A stretch of 63,998 bases of DNA, filler included, from an uncultured bacterium (lineage in GTDB: Bacteria; CAYSBA01): NCBI GenBank assembly GCA_964429075.1. It is 10 parts of 10 records of this genome, joined end to end, with 100 filler letters (N's around TTAATTAATTAA, not from the genome) between each part and the next. Parts side by side here need not be neighbours in the genome. Positions count along the whole stretch, not along the records: positions 20,100 to 26,598 come from CAYSBA010000074.1; positions 26,699 to 33,193 come from CAYSBA010000075.1; positions 33,294 to 39,786 come from CAYSBA010000076.1; 7 more parts are not named here. One strand, 5' to 3'. The notes under the pieces are model-generated. The model saw nothing but the letters and a program-made list of their open reading frames with translations. It did not search any database and had not been told where the DNA came from. This document shows, piece by piece, positions 21,557 to 33,560 of this stretch. Each line of letters opens with the position of its first letter. The first letter of the stretch is position 1. Made by a program: the position numbers and the translations under genes.

Positions 21557-23554
21557 CTAATATTCCTCTGGGGGAATAGGTAGATAGATGTAAAAGGTTG
21601 ACCCCTGGTTCTTCTTACTTTCAACCTTTATTGTACCCTCATGTGCATCTATAATCTTTTTTGCAATATATAGTCCAAGTCCTGCACCACCATGTTTTCT
21701 TGTGTGTGTTTCTTCGACCTGATAAAAGAGTTCGAATATCTTATCAAGGTTGTCGATATCTATCCCGGTACCATAGTCACGAATCCATATTACGATATAG
21801 TCTCTCCCTTCTGTGCCAAATTTACGCCGTCTTATATCCCTCTTTTCATCGATAATTATATTTTTTTGTGTCTCTATTCCAACCTCGATTCTGGATTTTT
21901 CAGGGCTGAATTTTACAGCATTGTTCAGTATGTTTACGAAAACCTGTTTGAGTTTCAGTTCGTCTCCTAATGTCTGTGGTATTGAGTCTTGTATCTTTGT
22001 GATAATCTCGATATCTTTTTTTTTGGCCATAGGGAGGATCGTCTGAATACAGGATTCAATTACAGGAATAAGGTTAACCTCTCTTTTGCTAAGCGAAATT
22101 GCTCTGTCTTCAAACTGTGTTGCTTCAAGGAGATTTGTGATCAGAGAATACAACTCGTCTGTCTTATTCTCGACAATATCAAGATATTTCTTTACATCAT
22201 CAGAGGCATCCTTTAGATCTTCCCTGATAAATTCAAGGTATCCCTTAATTGATGTGAGGGGTGTACGTAATTCATGGCTTACCTTTGCAAGAAAGGTTGT
22301 CTTCAAGCGGTCAACCTCTTTTAGTTTACTGTAGGCCTCTTCAAGTTCTGTATGTTTTTTCTTCAATTCCTCAAAGGTCTCTTTAAGAGTCTTTACATGT
22401 TGTTCTGTCATTACCTTTACCTTATAGTCTGCATAGATGAGTTCTGTGGCCACTGTAGAGATGCAATTTGCAATTTTTTTTACCCTTTTTTCATCGTAAT
22501 GTGGAAATGGCACCTTTTGATCGATAAGTGAGTATGGACCGATAACAAGCTTCATAATCGGCTCTTCCTGAAAAAGTACACCGGAAATACATGTAGCAAG
22601 ATTTCCCTTTAGGGGGAGAAAAACCAGTTTTTTCTCTTTAAGAACACTCTGCTCTGCCCTTTTGTGCCTTATCAATTCTCCATGTAATTTTGCTATCCTT
22701 GATTTGTGTTGTGAAATTCTCTCGGGGACCCTTGTTATTAAATTTTTGTTAGTGTAGCTATAAAAACTCAGTGGCAATAAGAAGGCCTCAGTAAAACTTT
22801 CCTGTAGTTCATATAGAAGTGTGTCATCAAAATGAAACAACTCTTCTTTTAGTCTATCTTCTATCTTTATCTCTGTAGTTATCCTAAGTTCTGGTTCTTC
22901 GTTCTTTATAAAGGAGAATATTGCCTCTATGAATTCATCGGTTGAAAGACCGGTCTTTTCAACTATTCTGAATCTTACATCGAGGTTGTTCCAGAGAATT
23001 ACAAGAAGTGTTCTCAATGTTTCAAGCACCCCTTCACCATTGATTGCTGATGCCTTAATTACCGGTCTATCAGAATTTCTCATAAACTGTTCGATCTTGC
23101 TGTCCTCAAGCCTGTCTGGAAGATCTATCTTATTGAACTGTATAACCACAGGCACACTGTGGTAATCTATACCGTTGGATTCAAGATTCTCAAGCATATT
23201 TTCCCATGCACTGTTGTTTAGCCTTATCCTGTCTTTTTGTGCGTCTGCAACAAAGACAATGCCATCAACCTGCTGCAGGACCTGTCTCCGTGTTGCGTTG
23301 TGTATAACTTGACCGGGGACCGTAAATAGCTTGAGGTTTATCCTATAGTCCTTTTTTGTCCTGAATGATATTGGTAAAAGATCAAAGAATATGGTCCTGT
23401 CATCCTTGGTGTCAAGTTCCATCAATTTGCCTCTGTACTGTGGTCTGATGAATGAGTATACCTTCTGTAGATTGGTGGTCTTTCCAGAAAGAGGAGGACC
23501 GTAGTATACCACCTTTATTGCCAGCTCTTTTTGTGTGACATTAAGAACTACCAT
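21557..23554 (-). CDS. MglA/SofG-like small GTPase fused to a PocR-like domain and histidine kinase
   Basis: YYGPPLSGKTTNL, DRTIFFD, TVPGQ, NKID and SA; then SHELRTPL, NILNNAVKF, DYGTGI and GAGLGL; one uninterrupted 665-aa ORF with no TM segment. Confidence 0.88.
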   Translation of the reverse strand: MVVLNVTQKELAIKVVYYGPPLSGKTTNLQKVYSFIRPQYRGKLMELDTKDDRTIFFDLLPISFRTKKDYRINLKLFTVPGQVIHNATRRQVLQQVDGIVFVADAQKDRIRLNNSAWENMLENLESNGIDYHSVPVVIQFNKIDLPDRLEDSKIEQFMRNSDRPVIKASAINGEGVLETLRTLLVILWNNLDVRFRIVEKTGLSTDEFIEAIFSFIKNEEPELRITTEIKIEDRLKEELFHFDDTLLYELQESFTEAFLLPLSFYSYTNKNLITRVPERISQHKSRIAKLHGELIRHKRAEQSVLKEKKLVFLPLKGNLATCISGVLFQEEPIMKLVIGPYSLIDQKVPFPHYDEKRVKKIANCISTVATELIYADYKVKVMTEQHVKTLKETFEELKKKHTELEEAYSKLKEVDRLKTTFLAKVSHELRTPLTSIKGYLEFIREDLKDASDDVKKYLDIVENKTDELYSLITNLLEATQFEDRAISLSKREVNLIPVIESCIQTILPMAKKKDIEIITKIQDSIPQTLGDELKLKQVFVNILNNAVKFSPEKSRIEVGIETQKNIIIDEKRDIRRRKFGTEGRDYIVIWIRDYGTGIDIDNLDKIFELFYQVEETHTRKHGGAGLGLYIAKKIIDAHEGTIKVESKKNQGSTFYIYLPIPPEEY

Positions 23555-23751
23555 ATTTATTTTTCCTTATTTTTTAGATCTTTTATAACAAAGATAAAGC
23601 TTTAACAAGTGTATATGAGTATATCTAACGATTATCGATATTTTAATGAGATAATATTCTAAAAAGGGAAGTAAAAAACAAAAAGGGTTGATTTTGACAA
23701 AATCGAGGCTATCATATAAATGGAGTCTTTCGATGAAATGTGAGGTTTGCC

Positions 23752-24594
23752 ATGTATGAGATAGTAGATAAGAAAATCCTTGCAGAAAAAGAGGTGTGGC
23801 TTGAGGTAAATGCACCTGTTGTTGCAAAAAAGCACAGAGCAGGCCAATTTGTTATTGTGATCCCTCATGAAAGAGGCGAAAGGATACCACTGACAGTTGC
23901 AGACAAAGATCCTAAGAGAGGTACAATTGTCCTTGTTGTGCAGGAAATAGGCAAATCGACAGCCTATATAAACAGGATGAAGGTGGGTGAGTCATTTTAT
24001 TCACTTGTAGGTCCTCTTGGTAAACCCACTCATATTAAAAAGTATGGTAACTGTGTTGTGGTAGGTGGTGGAGTTGGAATTGCCCCGCTCTATCCGATTA
24101 CAAAGGCCCTTTATGAGGCAGGTAATAGAGTTACATCCATCCTTGGTGCAAGGACAAAAGAGCTTCTCATTATGGAAGATATGATGCGCTCTGTCAGTCA
24201 TGAGACGATAGTTGTAACAGATGATGGTAGTTATGGTCAGAAGGGGCTTGTAACAGATGCCCTTAAACCCCTTCTTGAATCTAATCAAAAAATAGACCTT
24301 GTTGTTACAATTGGTCCTGCTATAATGATGAAGTTTGTGTGTCTATTGACCAAAGAATACAATGTACCAACATTGGCAAGTCTTAATTCTATCATGGTAG
24401 ATGGGACAGGAATGTGCGGTGCATGCAGGATCGAGGTAGGTGGTGAAACAAAGTTTGTCTGTGTGGATGGTCCTGAATTTGATGGCCATAAGGTAGATTT
24501 TGACCTTTTAATGAAAAGACAGAGGGCCTACATAAAACAGGAGAGGCTTGCATACGAGACCTTTCTAAAAGAGCACAAAAAATGTTACGAATAG
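23752..24594 (+). CDS. nfnA: NfnA/SudB electron-transfer subunit
   Basis: GERIPLT, GPLG, GGGVG and MVDGTGMCGACR...CVDGPEF (Asp-ligated 2Fe-2S motif). Confidence 0.85.
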   Translation: MYEIVDKKILAEKEVWLEVNAPVVAKKHRAGQFVIVIPHERGERIPLTVADKDPKRGTIVLVVQEIGKSTAYINRMKVGESFYSLVGPLGKPTHIKKYGNCVVVGGGVGIAPLYPITKALYEAGNRVTSILGARTKELLIMEDMMRSVSHETIVVTDDGSYGQKGLVTDALKPLLESNQKIDLVVTIGPAIMMKFVCLLTKEYNVPTLASLNSIMVDGTGMCGACRIEVGGETKFVCVDGPEFDGHKVDFDLLMKRQRAYIKQERLAYETFLKEHKKCYE

Positions 24595-24602
24595 CCTCAT
24601 AA

Positions 24603-26033
<1,431 letters not shown>

Positions 26034-26036
26034 AAA

Positions 26037-26597
26037 CTATTTTTTATGTTTCACATACTGGTAGATATTTACCCTAAAATTGTATTGATCCACAACATAA
26101 ATTCTGTCGTCTGGGCTGATCCAGATCCCTGCAGGTAACCAAAGTTTTCCCTCCTGATGTCCAAAACCTCCAAACGGTAGTAGAAAACGACCTTCTCTAT
26201 CAAATATCAGTACTGCACTGAATGCTGCATCTATAACATATATATGGCCTTCACTATCTGTGGATATCCCCTTGCCTCGAGGTATACAGCCTATAACATC
26301 ACAATTGTCACCAAACATCTTTATTAGATTGAAATTCTTGTCATATATATGGACCTTAAAGTTAAAGGTGTCCATTATATATATATTACCATCTTTATCT
26401 ACGTGAATATTTGTTGGGAAATTAAATGTATCCGGACCGGCTGGGCCACGTTTTCCAAATACTCCAAGTTTTTTGTGTGTACTCAGATCGAAATAAACAA
26501 TATGGTGCTTTTTGATATCTATAACATATAATCTGTTATTATTTACATCTACTGCAAGACCAACAGGTTTTTCAAATATTTCTTTGCCACCGATTGC
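26037..26597 (-). CDS. NHL-repeat beta-propeller protein, 5' truncated
   Basis: Frame is open to the contig edge; FEKPVGLAVD, FNFPTNIHVD, PRGKGISTD and LWLPAGIWIS repeats. Confidence 0.8.
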   Translation of the reverse strand, partial: AIGGKEIFEKPVGLAVDVNNNRLYVIDIKKHHIVYFDLSTHKKLGVFGKRGPAGPDTFNFPTNIHVDKDGNIYIMDTFNFKVHIYDKNFNLIKMFGDNCDVIGCIPRGKGISTDSEGHIYVIDAAFSAVLIFDREGRFLLPFGGFGHQEGKLWLPAGIWISPDDRIYVVDQYNFRVNIYQYVKHKK

Positions 26598-26598
26598 A

Positions 26599-26698
26599 NN
26601 NNNNNNNNNNNNNNNNNNNNNNNNNNNNNNNNNNNNNNNNNNTTAATTAATTAANNNNNNNNNNNNNNNNNNNNNNNNNNNNNNNNNNNNNNNNNNNN
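26599..26698. other. artificial contig spacer
   Basis: N44-TTAATTAATTAA-N44. Confidence 0.99.
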
Positions 26699-26727
26699 AA
26701 ATATTTAAAAGAGTATATAAATAGAAA

Positions 26728-27702
26728 ATGATAAAAATATCTCTAAAAAAAATAGTTGAGCAGGCTCCCTTCTTCGCTTATGTACTCACTATGTATGAGA
26801 TTGCATTTTCTGTTGCAGCATTCTCAACCATTAATAGATGGCAGATTGCCCCTCTTGTTCTTTTCCCTTTTTCTGTTATTGCTTTATATCTATTCGTAGA
26901 ATTTTATAAAAATGAAGATAACAAAAGGGAATTTTTCTTACATCTTGCCGCACATCTTGCTATAGTATGTTTACTCATATTTCTGACCCCCAGATTTTTT
27001 ACAGATCTTACTGAGAGCTCAAAATACAATCTTATAAAATCCCTGTACGAGATCTCCAGTATATTGATGGCACTTTTACTTGCCATCCATGGTTTCATCT
27101 ATCGGGACTGCAAAGACTTTGTTGTACTTTTTGTTTTAAGTGCCTTTTACGGTTTTTTACTTGAATCTGGTGGCGTCAGGATGGGCTTTTTTAGTGAAGA
27201 TGGCTACCACCTGTATCTCCCACCCTTTTCTGCACCAATTGCAACAATGATAGGATGGTCGAGTGTATTTTACTCTTCCCTCTTTATTGTTGAAAGATCC
27301 TTTAGATATGACTTTTCCGGGAGTTTCCTAAAGGTCATTCTGTATTCAACTTTGATCGGTATTGTTGCAACCTTTATGGATGTCCCTCTTGATCCTGTTG
27401 CTGTTGATCTAAGGTTATGGAGCTGGTCCAAAGAGCTCGATGCCTTTTTGTTTGATGTACCACTTATAAATTATACCTCCTGGTTTTTTGCAGTCTTTAG
27501 CTTTGGTCTCTTTTACCATGCCTACAGCCGATGGTTCAAACAACGATTTGATGTAAAAGATTTTGTGATCCTTTTGTTGATTATTCCCCTTATCCAACTC
27601 ATTGCGGCAATCCTCAACTTTACCACAATCGCGGTAATAGAGGGCAAAAATAGTCCATCAATAAACATCCTGATAGAATATATAAAAAACAGCCTAACAT
27701 AG
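26728..27702 (+). CDS. CruF-like (carotenoid biosynthesis family) membrane protein
   Basis: Polytopic; E..GV, DVPLDPVAV..LWSW and VPLINYTSWF motifs. Confidence 0.6.
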   Translation: MIKISLKKIVEQAPFFAYVLTMYEIAFSVAAFSTINRWQIAPLVLFPFSVIALYLFVEFYKNEDNKREFFLHLAAHLAIVCLLIFLTPRFFTDLTESSKYNLIKSLYEISSILMALLLAIHGFIYRDCKDFVVLFVLSAFYGFLLESGGVRMGFFSEDGYHLYLPPFSAPIATMIGWSSVFYSSLFIVERSFRYDFSGSFLKVILYSTLIGIVATFMDVPLDPVAVDLRLWSWSKELDAFLFDVPLINYTSWFFAVFSFGLFYHAYSRWFKQRFDVKDFVILLLIIPLIQLIAAILNFTTIAVIEGKNSPSINILIEYIKNSLT

Positions 27703-27746
27703 AATAGACTTGAAAATACCAGACATAATGTACATATTAAACAACC

Positions 27747-28382
27747 ATGCAAGAAATAAATATAGAGCGTTTTGAATTAGGACCACTAACTGTTAACTGT
27801 TATGTGATATATTCTGCTGGCTCTAAGGAGTGCATTGTTGTAGATCCTGGCTGGCCATCTTCTGAACTTGAGTCTTTTCTTTTTAATCAGGATCTAAAAC
27901 CTGCCTATATAATACTTACTCATGGCCATTTTGATCACACCTCTGGAGTAAGGAGATTAAAGAGTCTTTACGAATGTCCTCTTATGATTCACAAAGAGGA
28001 TTCAAACATGCTTGGTAATGAGAACCTTACAGCAGCTTTGTTTGGTCTTTCTGCCGATCCTTCTCCACCTGCAGACTCCTACATATCAGATGGTGATACA
28101 ATCTCTATCTCAAATATAAAAATAGAGATAACACATACTCCAGGACACTCACCCGGAAGCATTTGCCTCATAATAAAAGGACATAAAACTATTATTTGTG
28201 GTGATACACTATTTGCAGGATCAATTGGCAGGACAGATCTACCCGGTGGCGACTATAGTACACTCATTTACTCGATTAAAAACAAGATCCTTATCTTTGA
28301 TAATGATGTTAAGGTCCTTCCTGGTCATGGACCGGCCACTACTGTAGGAAGAGAGAGGGCATTCAACCCCTTTTTGAATTAG
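27747..28382 (+). CDS. MBL-fold metallo-hydrolase (glyoxalase II-like)
   Basis: THGHFDH, TPGHSPG, GDTLF, GRTDLPGG and PGHG. Confidence 0.92.
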   Translation: MQEINIERFELGPLTVNCYVIYSAGSKECIVVDPGWPSSELESFLFNQDLKPAYIILTHGHFDHTSGVRRLKSLYECPLMIHKEDSNMLGNENLTAALFGLSADPSPPADSYISDGDTISISNIKIEITHTPGHSPGSICLIIKGHKTIICGDTLFAGSIGRTDLPGGDYSTLIYSIKNKILIFDNDVKVLPGHGPATTVGRERAFNPFLN

Positions 28383-29292
28383 TTCGGCCTTTTACTCTTG
28401 GTCTTCTCTGTTTTAAGACCTTTTCACAGTATGCCTTATGAATCCTGAGTGCTATAAGTTCTGGCTGTTCAATTAATCCGGCATGGGAGCCCTGTTTTAA
28501 AACCAGTAACTCAGAGTTCGGTATCATTTCATGCATCCTTAGAGATAGATGCATGGGAGTGAACAGATCATTTTCACCGGCAACAATAAGAACAGGACAC
28601 CTTATATCCTGTAAAATATCTTCTGTTGTATGCTCCTGCATCTTTCTGGCAAGCTCAAAAAAAAGAGTAAAATCGAGGTTTGAAAGATGATCGAGGTATG
28701 GGAAAAGATCCTCTTTTGAACATAGATCCCTGTGTATAAGACCTATTAATTTAGCACCTGGATAGGCAATAGGTGATTTTAAGATACTGCTTATGATAGG
28801 CCTAAATCTATTGGCATATCGCCTTGCAACAGGATAGATTATTTTAAACAGATATGGGCTGAGTGCACTGTCAAAAAAGGTATCGATGGGCCTGCCATAA
28901 CTACCGAGTATTGGTACAAGCATTGTTACACGATCTGGGTCTTTTCTATATGCTTCAAAGATTACCTGTGCACCCATACTATGACCGATCAGAATTGCCT
29001 TTCTGATCTTATTATCATCCATTACCCTGAATAAATCCTCTACAAGACCGGGGATATCAAAGGTGCTCATATCAACCGGTGGATCTGATATCCCATGACC
29101 TCTATAGTCCCAGAGTAAAAATTTAAAATAATCAAATAGATATCTTGTGATATGATCCCAGAAGAAGGTGCTGACACCAAGACCATTGCAATATACGATC
29201 CAGTCTCTTCCCCTTCCCAGCGCCCGATATCTTATTTTTGCACCATCGATTGCAGCAACTACACCATCCTTTACATATTCTCCACTCATCAA
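28363..29292 (-). CDS. alpha/beta fold hydrolase
   Basis: WDYRGHG, GHSMG nucleophile elbow, GENDLFTP and GSH. Confidence 0.9.
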   Translation of the reverse strand: MMSGEYVKDGVVAAIDGAKIRYRALGRGRDWIVYCNGLGVSTFFWDHITRYLFDYFKFLLWDYRGHGISDPPVDMSTFDIPGLVEDLFRVMDDNKIRKAILIGHSMGAQVIFEAYRKDPDRVTMLVPILGSYGRPIDTFFDSALSPYLFKIIYPVARRYANRFRPIISSILKSPIAYPGAKLIGLIHRDLCSKEDLFPYLDHLSNLDFTLFFELARKMQEHTTEDILQDIRCPVLIVAGENDLFTPMHLSLRMHEMIPNSELLVLKQGSHAGLIEQPELIALRIHKAYCEKVLKQRRPRVKGRTNSKRG

Positions 29293-31417
29293 TATAAAAA
29301 CCTCCTTTTTTTACTTGACCAATAAAGTAAAATTAGTCCTATTAATAATGCAAAACTATCGCCACTGTTCAAACTTGAACTACAACAGCCTGTTTTTTCA
29401 TCTTTTGTACTCTTATTTTTAAGTGGTACAGCTTCTCCAGATGAATAACAGATATGTTTACCACCCACAGCTGTACACATAAATCCAGAAGGACACCGCT
29501 GTGCATTATCGCAGATAGTAACACAAACACTCTTCTCTAATACTGTCATACACAAATCGTCTATACAATCGTTGTTTGTACTACATTCTTCACCAATTCT
29601 TTCTCCTTTCTGCTTATCTTTGACACATACCCATCCTGAATCTGCTATTTGTTGGCAAATATAACCATCAGGACAATTATCAGAATCTTTATCGCAATAA
29701 TCGGTACAATAATTATTCCCATCTAAATCAATACAAACACCAGAAAAACAANNNNNNNNNNAAAGGGAACTATATCTTTGTTTATAGGCCAGCATATATC
29801 GTCTGATAATATGCCGGTTGAAACACACTGATATCCAGAGGGACATAGATTTTCAGCAGAACATATCGATGTACATAACTCCTGTCCTACAGGGCCATCA
29901 CATAGAGATGTCTCACATTCACTATTTGAATTACATGGCTCACCAAACTTCTTTTGTTTAGTATTATTCTCTATACATTGACCATCAACACAATGATAAT
30001 TATCTGCACAATCTGAATCTATGACACACTCTGATGACTTATCTTGACAACGCCCACCAACACATTCTTGACTGGGCTGGCAATCGGAATTATCAACACA
30101 TTCTGGTTCCTGTACACAAGTATGATTCTGACATTTTTTGCCAGCCGGGCAATCTGCATCCACATTACATTCACCCGGATTATAGGGATAACAGGCACCT
30201 TCACCACTATCTCTACCCACAATTTGAAAACATAATAGATCTTCCCTGGGACAATCATTATAGGCCGGGTTACATTTATAGAGACAGATATTTTCATTGT
30301 TGTAGAAGATACATGTAAGTCCTTCTTTACAATAAAGACGACCTCCACATATATCACCCTCATTCTGAGTTGCCGGTAGACAGGCATAATTACCATCAGA
30401 AAGGGCTACACAGGTATAATTCGGCCCACAATCTTGATTAGAAGGATCGCAAGCAATCCTGCATATCCCAGTCATACCTGATCCTACATCTTTATCACAA
30501 ACAAGATTATTTATGCATGGGCAGTTGTCATCACACTGATCACCAACTTGAGTACCATTTGAACAACCTCTTGGGACGCAATAATTCTCTGTACCAACGC
30601 TATCACATATAAAATTGGAATCACAGTCCATATCACTGTTACATCTTTTTGAACATATTTTTTGTGTATTATTGGTGATACATACAAGACCGGTGTCGCA
30701 ATCCGATGTACTACTACAGCTAAATCCCATTTTAGCACCATTTGATGGGTAGAGATCGCAGACTCCATTTATATCGTCCTGATGAAGAGAACGTTTTGAA
30801 GTTTCACAATATCCGGCTGTTGGAGCCATAGTAGCACCTGACACATCTGAATGTTCTAATCCTAAAAAATGTCCTGACTCATGAGTCACTATATTCTCTA
30901 TATCAACCATATGTCTAAAACTGTCGCAGTATCTTGTTGCATCTGAGGTCCACAAAAAATTTTCACCGTTCATTTCAATATCAGCATCATATATTCTGGC
31001 ATCTGATCTGAACTTTGGGGTAGTTATAGCTATAGCATGTTGTGTATATTCTGGTGGCCAGCCAGATTCTATCCAGTAGACAATATTTTTACCATCGCCA
31101 GTTGCCTGTCTCAATGTTGTTGTACCCATATATATGACTGCAAAATATGAACAGCTTACACTGTTCCAGTGATAAAATCCTCTTATTACGGCATCAATAT
31201 CAGTACCGTCATGAACATCGTCTGACCCGGCTTCGTTAATATAGACTGAAACAGGTATTTTACTCGCAGGCCAGTATATTTTTTCTCCGCTTGATGTAGT
31301 TATATTTGTATATGCAAATGATTTTTCCTGTATAAGAATTATTAATATTAAAATACTCAAATAAAATTTCCTGTATTTTGCCTTATCATAATCTATTTTT
31401 TTGTGAGATAAACCCAT
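29289..31417 (-). CDS. matrixin-family metalloprotease with Cys-rich repeats and MYXO-CTERM-like tail (spans the 10-N gap at 29752-29761)
   Basis: Signal peptide, DADIEMN, HESGHFLGLEH and Met-turn ATMAP; Cx4DC repeats; tail TGCCSS-TM-KKRR; the two track ORFs join by alignment with the paralogue. Confidence 0.82.
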
Positions 31418-31570
31418 GTTAGACCTACCATTTATTCTATACCATATAATAAAGATAAATACCAAATATACATTTTCAGATAGTTTTAAAATAAATTATA
31501 CTACGAGGCTATATTTTTTCAGTACGAAGGTTGTACTTTATTGGCTAACTCAAGAAATGTGTACTCTTAT

Positions 31571-33193
31571 TTAATCTTTTATAAAAGCAGTTTTCCTTTT
31601 ATTTTTTGCCATAAGGAGCAGAAAGAGTCCTAATACACCGGCAAGAAAATCGATTGAACTAATATTCCCACTACAGCAGCCGCCGCCATTTTGTGCCTTT
31701 TTGTTTACATCTATTCCTGTCCCCGGTGAATAACAACCATAGTGGTTTTCGATTGAAGAACAGATAAAGCCAGCAGGACATCTCTGTGTGTCACTGCAGG
31801 TTGAGACACAGACATTCTTTGAAGCCACCTCCAAACAGGATGATCCAAGACATTCTGAATCGGAGTAACAACCTTCACCAACTCTACTTCCCTCTTGTGT
31901 ATCTCTCACACAAACCCACCCTGTTCCCTGTACCTGAGAGCAGCTATAGCCATCAGGACACTGATCGTTTGATGCATCACAGAAATCGGAACAATAACTT
32001 CTACCATCCACATTTATGCAGGCACCCGAAAAGCAGTCAGATGCATTAGTACAGGAACTGCCAAGCTCACCAATCTCTCTGTCCCTTGGCCAACAGATAT
32101 CGTCTGCAATAATACCGGTTGAAACACACCAGTAGTCTGAGGGGCATGGACTGGATAAAGAGCAGGTATTTGTGCATATTTCTTTACCTGGAGGGCCATC
32201 ACATAATCCGCTGGCACAATCGTTATTTGAAGAGCATGACTCACCCATACCCTTTTTGTTACCATTGTTACTCTCTGTTTTGCACTGACCGTTTACACAA
32301 ATCTGACCATTTGGACAGTCGGAATTGGAGGTACATCCACTGCTTGTTGATTTACACTGACCACCCATACATTTCTCACCAGAAGGGCAATCCTGATCTG
32401 TTGCACACTCAGGTGGAGCCTTACATGTATGATTTACACATACCTGACCGGAAGAACAATCAGAATCTGAAGTACATCCACCACCTGAGTATGGATAGCA
32501 TGCACCTTCATCGGTACCACCACCATAGATCTGATAACAAATCAAATCGTCCCTCGGACAGTCACCAATATTTGGATTACATTTGTAGCGACAGGTTGTC
32601 TCATTACCGTAGGTTATACAGATAAGCCCTTCCTTACAGTATTGTGTTGCACTACATGGGTCGCCTTCATCCTGAGTGGCAGGGAAACAGGCTCCACCGC
32701 CATTGTTCAGAGGCAGACAGGTATACCCTGAACCACAGTTTGGACTATTTGGATTACAACTTCTTCTACACTGGCCACTGCTGCTGTTTTGAGATGTCGT
32801 TATACATAAAAGACTGTTCGCACATGGGCATGAGGAAGAGCACTCCTGTCCCTCCTGTGCCCCACCTGATGGGCACTGTTTTGGTACACAGTAGTTTGTA
32901 CCATTTACACTCTGACATGAATAATCACTCCCACAGTCTGAATCCTGAGAACAGGTCTTTGAACAGAAACTGTAAGAACTGTAACTCAGACAGATTCCAG
33001 AGTCACAATCAGAGTTAGAACTACATGGTGTTCCAAAGGCACCACTACTTGCAGGATAAAGATCGCAGACTCCATTTATGTCATCCTGTGAAAGCGATCT
33101 CTTTGAGGTCTCACAGGGTGCAGCAGAAGGTGCCATTGTTGCATCAGGATAACTCGAATGATCAAGCCCTAAGAAGTGCCCTGCTTCGTGTGT
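31571..33193 (-). CDS. paralogous matrixin-family metalloprotease with Cys-rich repeats, 5' truncated
   Basis: Frame is open to the contig edge: THEAGHFLGLDHSSYPDATMAP; tail GGGCCSG-TM-KNKRK. Confidence 0.82.
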   Translation of the reverse strand, partial: THEAGHFLGLDHSSYPDATMAPSAAPCETSKRSLSQDDINGVCDLYPASSGAFGTPCSSNSDCDSGICLSYSSYSFCSKTCSQDSDCGSDYSCQSVNGTNYCVPKQCPSGGAQEGQECSSSCPCANSLLCITTSQNSSSGQCRRSCNPNSPNCGSGYTCLPLNNGGGACFPATQDEGDPCSATQYCKEGLICITYGNETTCRYKCNPNIGDCPRDDLICYQIYGGGTDEGACYPYSGGGCTSDSDCSSGQVCVNHTCKAPPECATDQDCPSGEKCMGGQCKSTSSGCTSNSDCPNGQICVNGQCKTESNNGNKKGMGESCSSNNDCASGLCDGPPGKEICTNTCSLSSPCPSDYWCVSTGIIADDICWPRDREIGELGSSCTNASDCFSGACINVDGRSYCSDFCDASNDQCPDGYSCSQVQGTGWVCVRDTQEGSRVGEGCYSDSECLGSSCLEVASKNVCVSTCSDTQRCPAGFICSSIENHYGCYSPGTGIDVNKKAQNGGGCCSGNISSIDFLAGVLGLFLLLMAKNKRKTAFIKD

Positions 33194-33293
33194 NNNNNNN
33201 NNNNNNNNNNNNNNNNNNNNNNNNNNNNNNNNNNNNNTTAATTAATTAANNNNNNNNNNNNNNNNNNNNNNNNNNNNNNNNNNNNNNNNNNNN
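33194..33293. other. artificial contig spacer
   Basis: N44-TTAATTAATTAA-N44. Confidence 0.99.
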
Positions 33294-33458
33294 AAAGAAG
33301 GATCTGCATTTAGAGGAAACTGAATATCAAAAAATGGGTATTACAAAAAATTATTTAATGCTGGCAGTCAACATTTTATGAATACATGTAGTGCTGTTCT
33401 TAAGATATCTCTCTTAACCTCCCATCATATCTTGAATCACTACAATATTTCCTGAAAT

Positions 33459-33486
33459 TTTTAAAGAAATCATTTTAAAGAAATCA
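33459..33486. repeat. 14-bp tandem duplication
   Basis: TTTTAAAGAAATCA twice, upstream of the acyl-CoA ligase gene. Confidence 0.8.
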
Positions 33487-33560
33487 AAAGGTTCAAATAA
33501 ATATTGAAAAAAATTTCTTTAGCTGTTAAATAAACCTAAAATTTAAACAGGGGAGATCAT

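Noticed and set aside
29723-29846. Apparent frameshift or two-gene split in the first matrixin
   Set aside because: It coincides with a fixed-length 10-N gap; the paralogue shows continuous sequence
33459-33486. 14-bp tandem repeat as a regulator binding site
   Set aside because: AT-rich, only two copies, no adjacent regulator; a slippage duplication is equally likely
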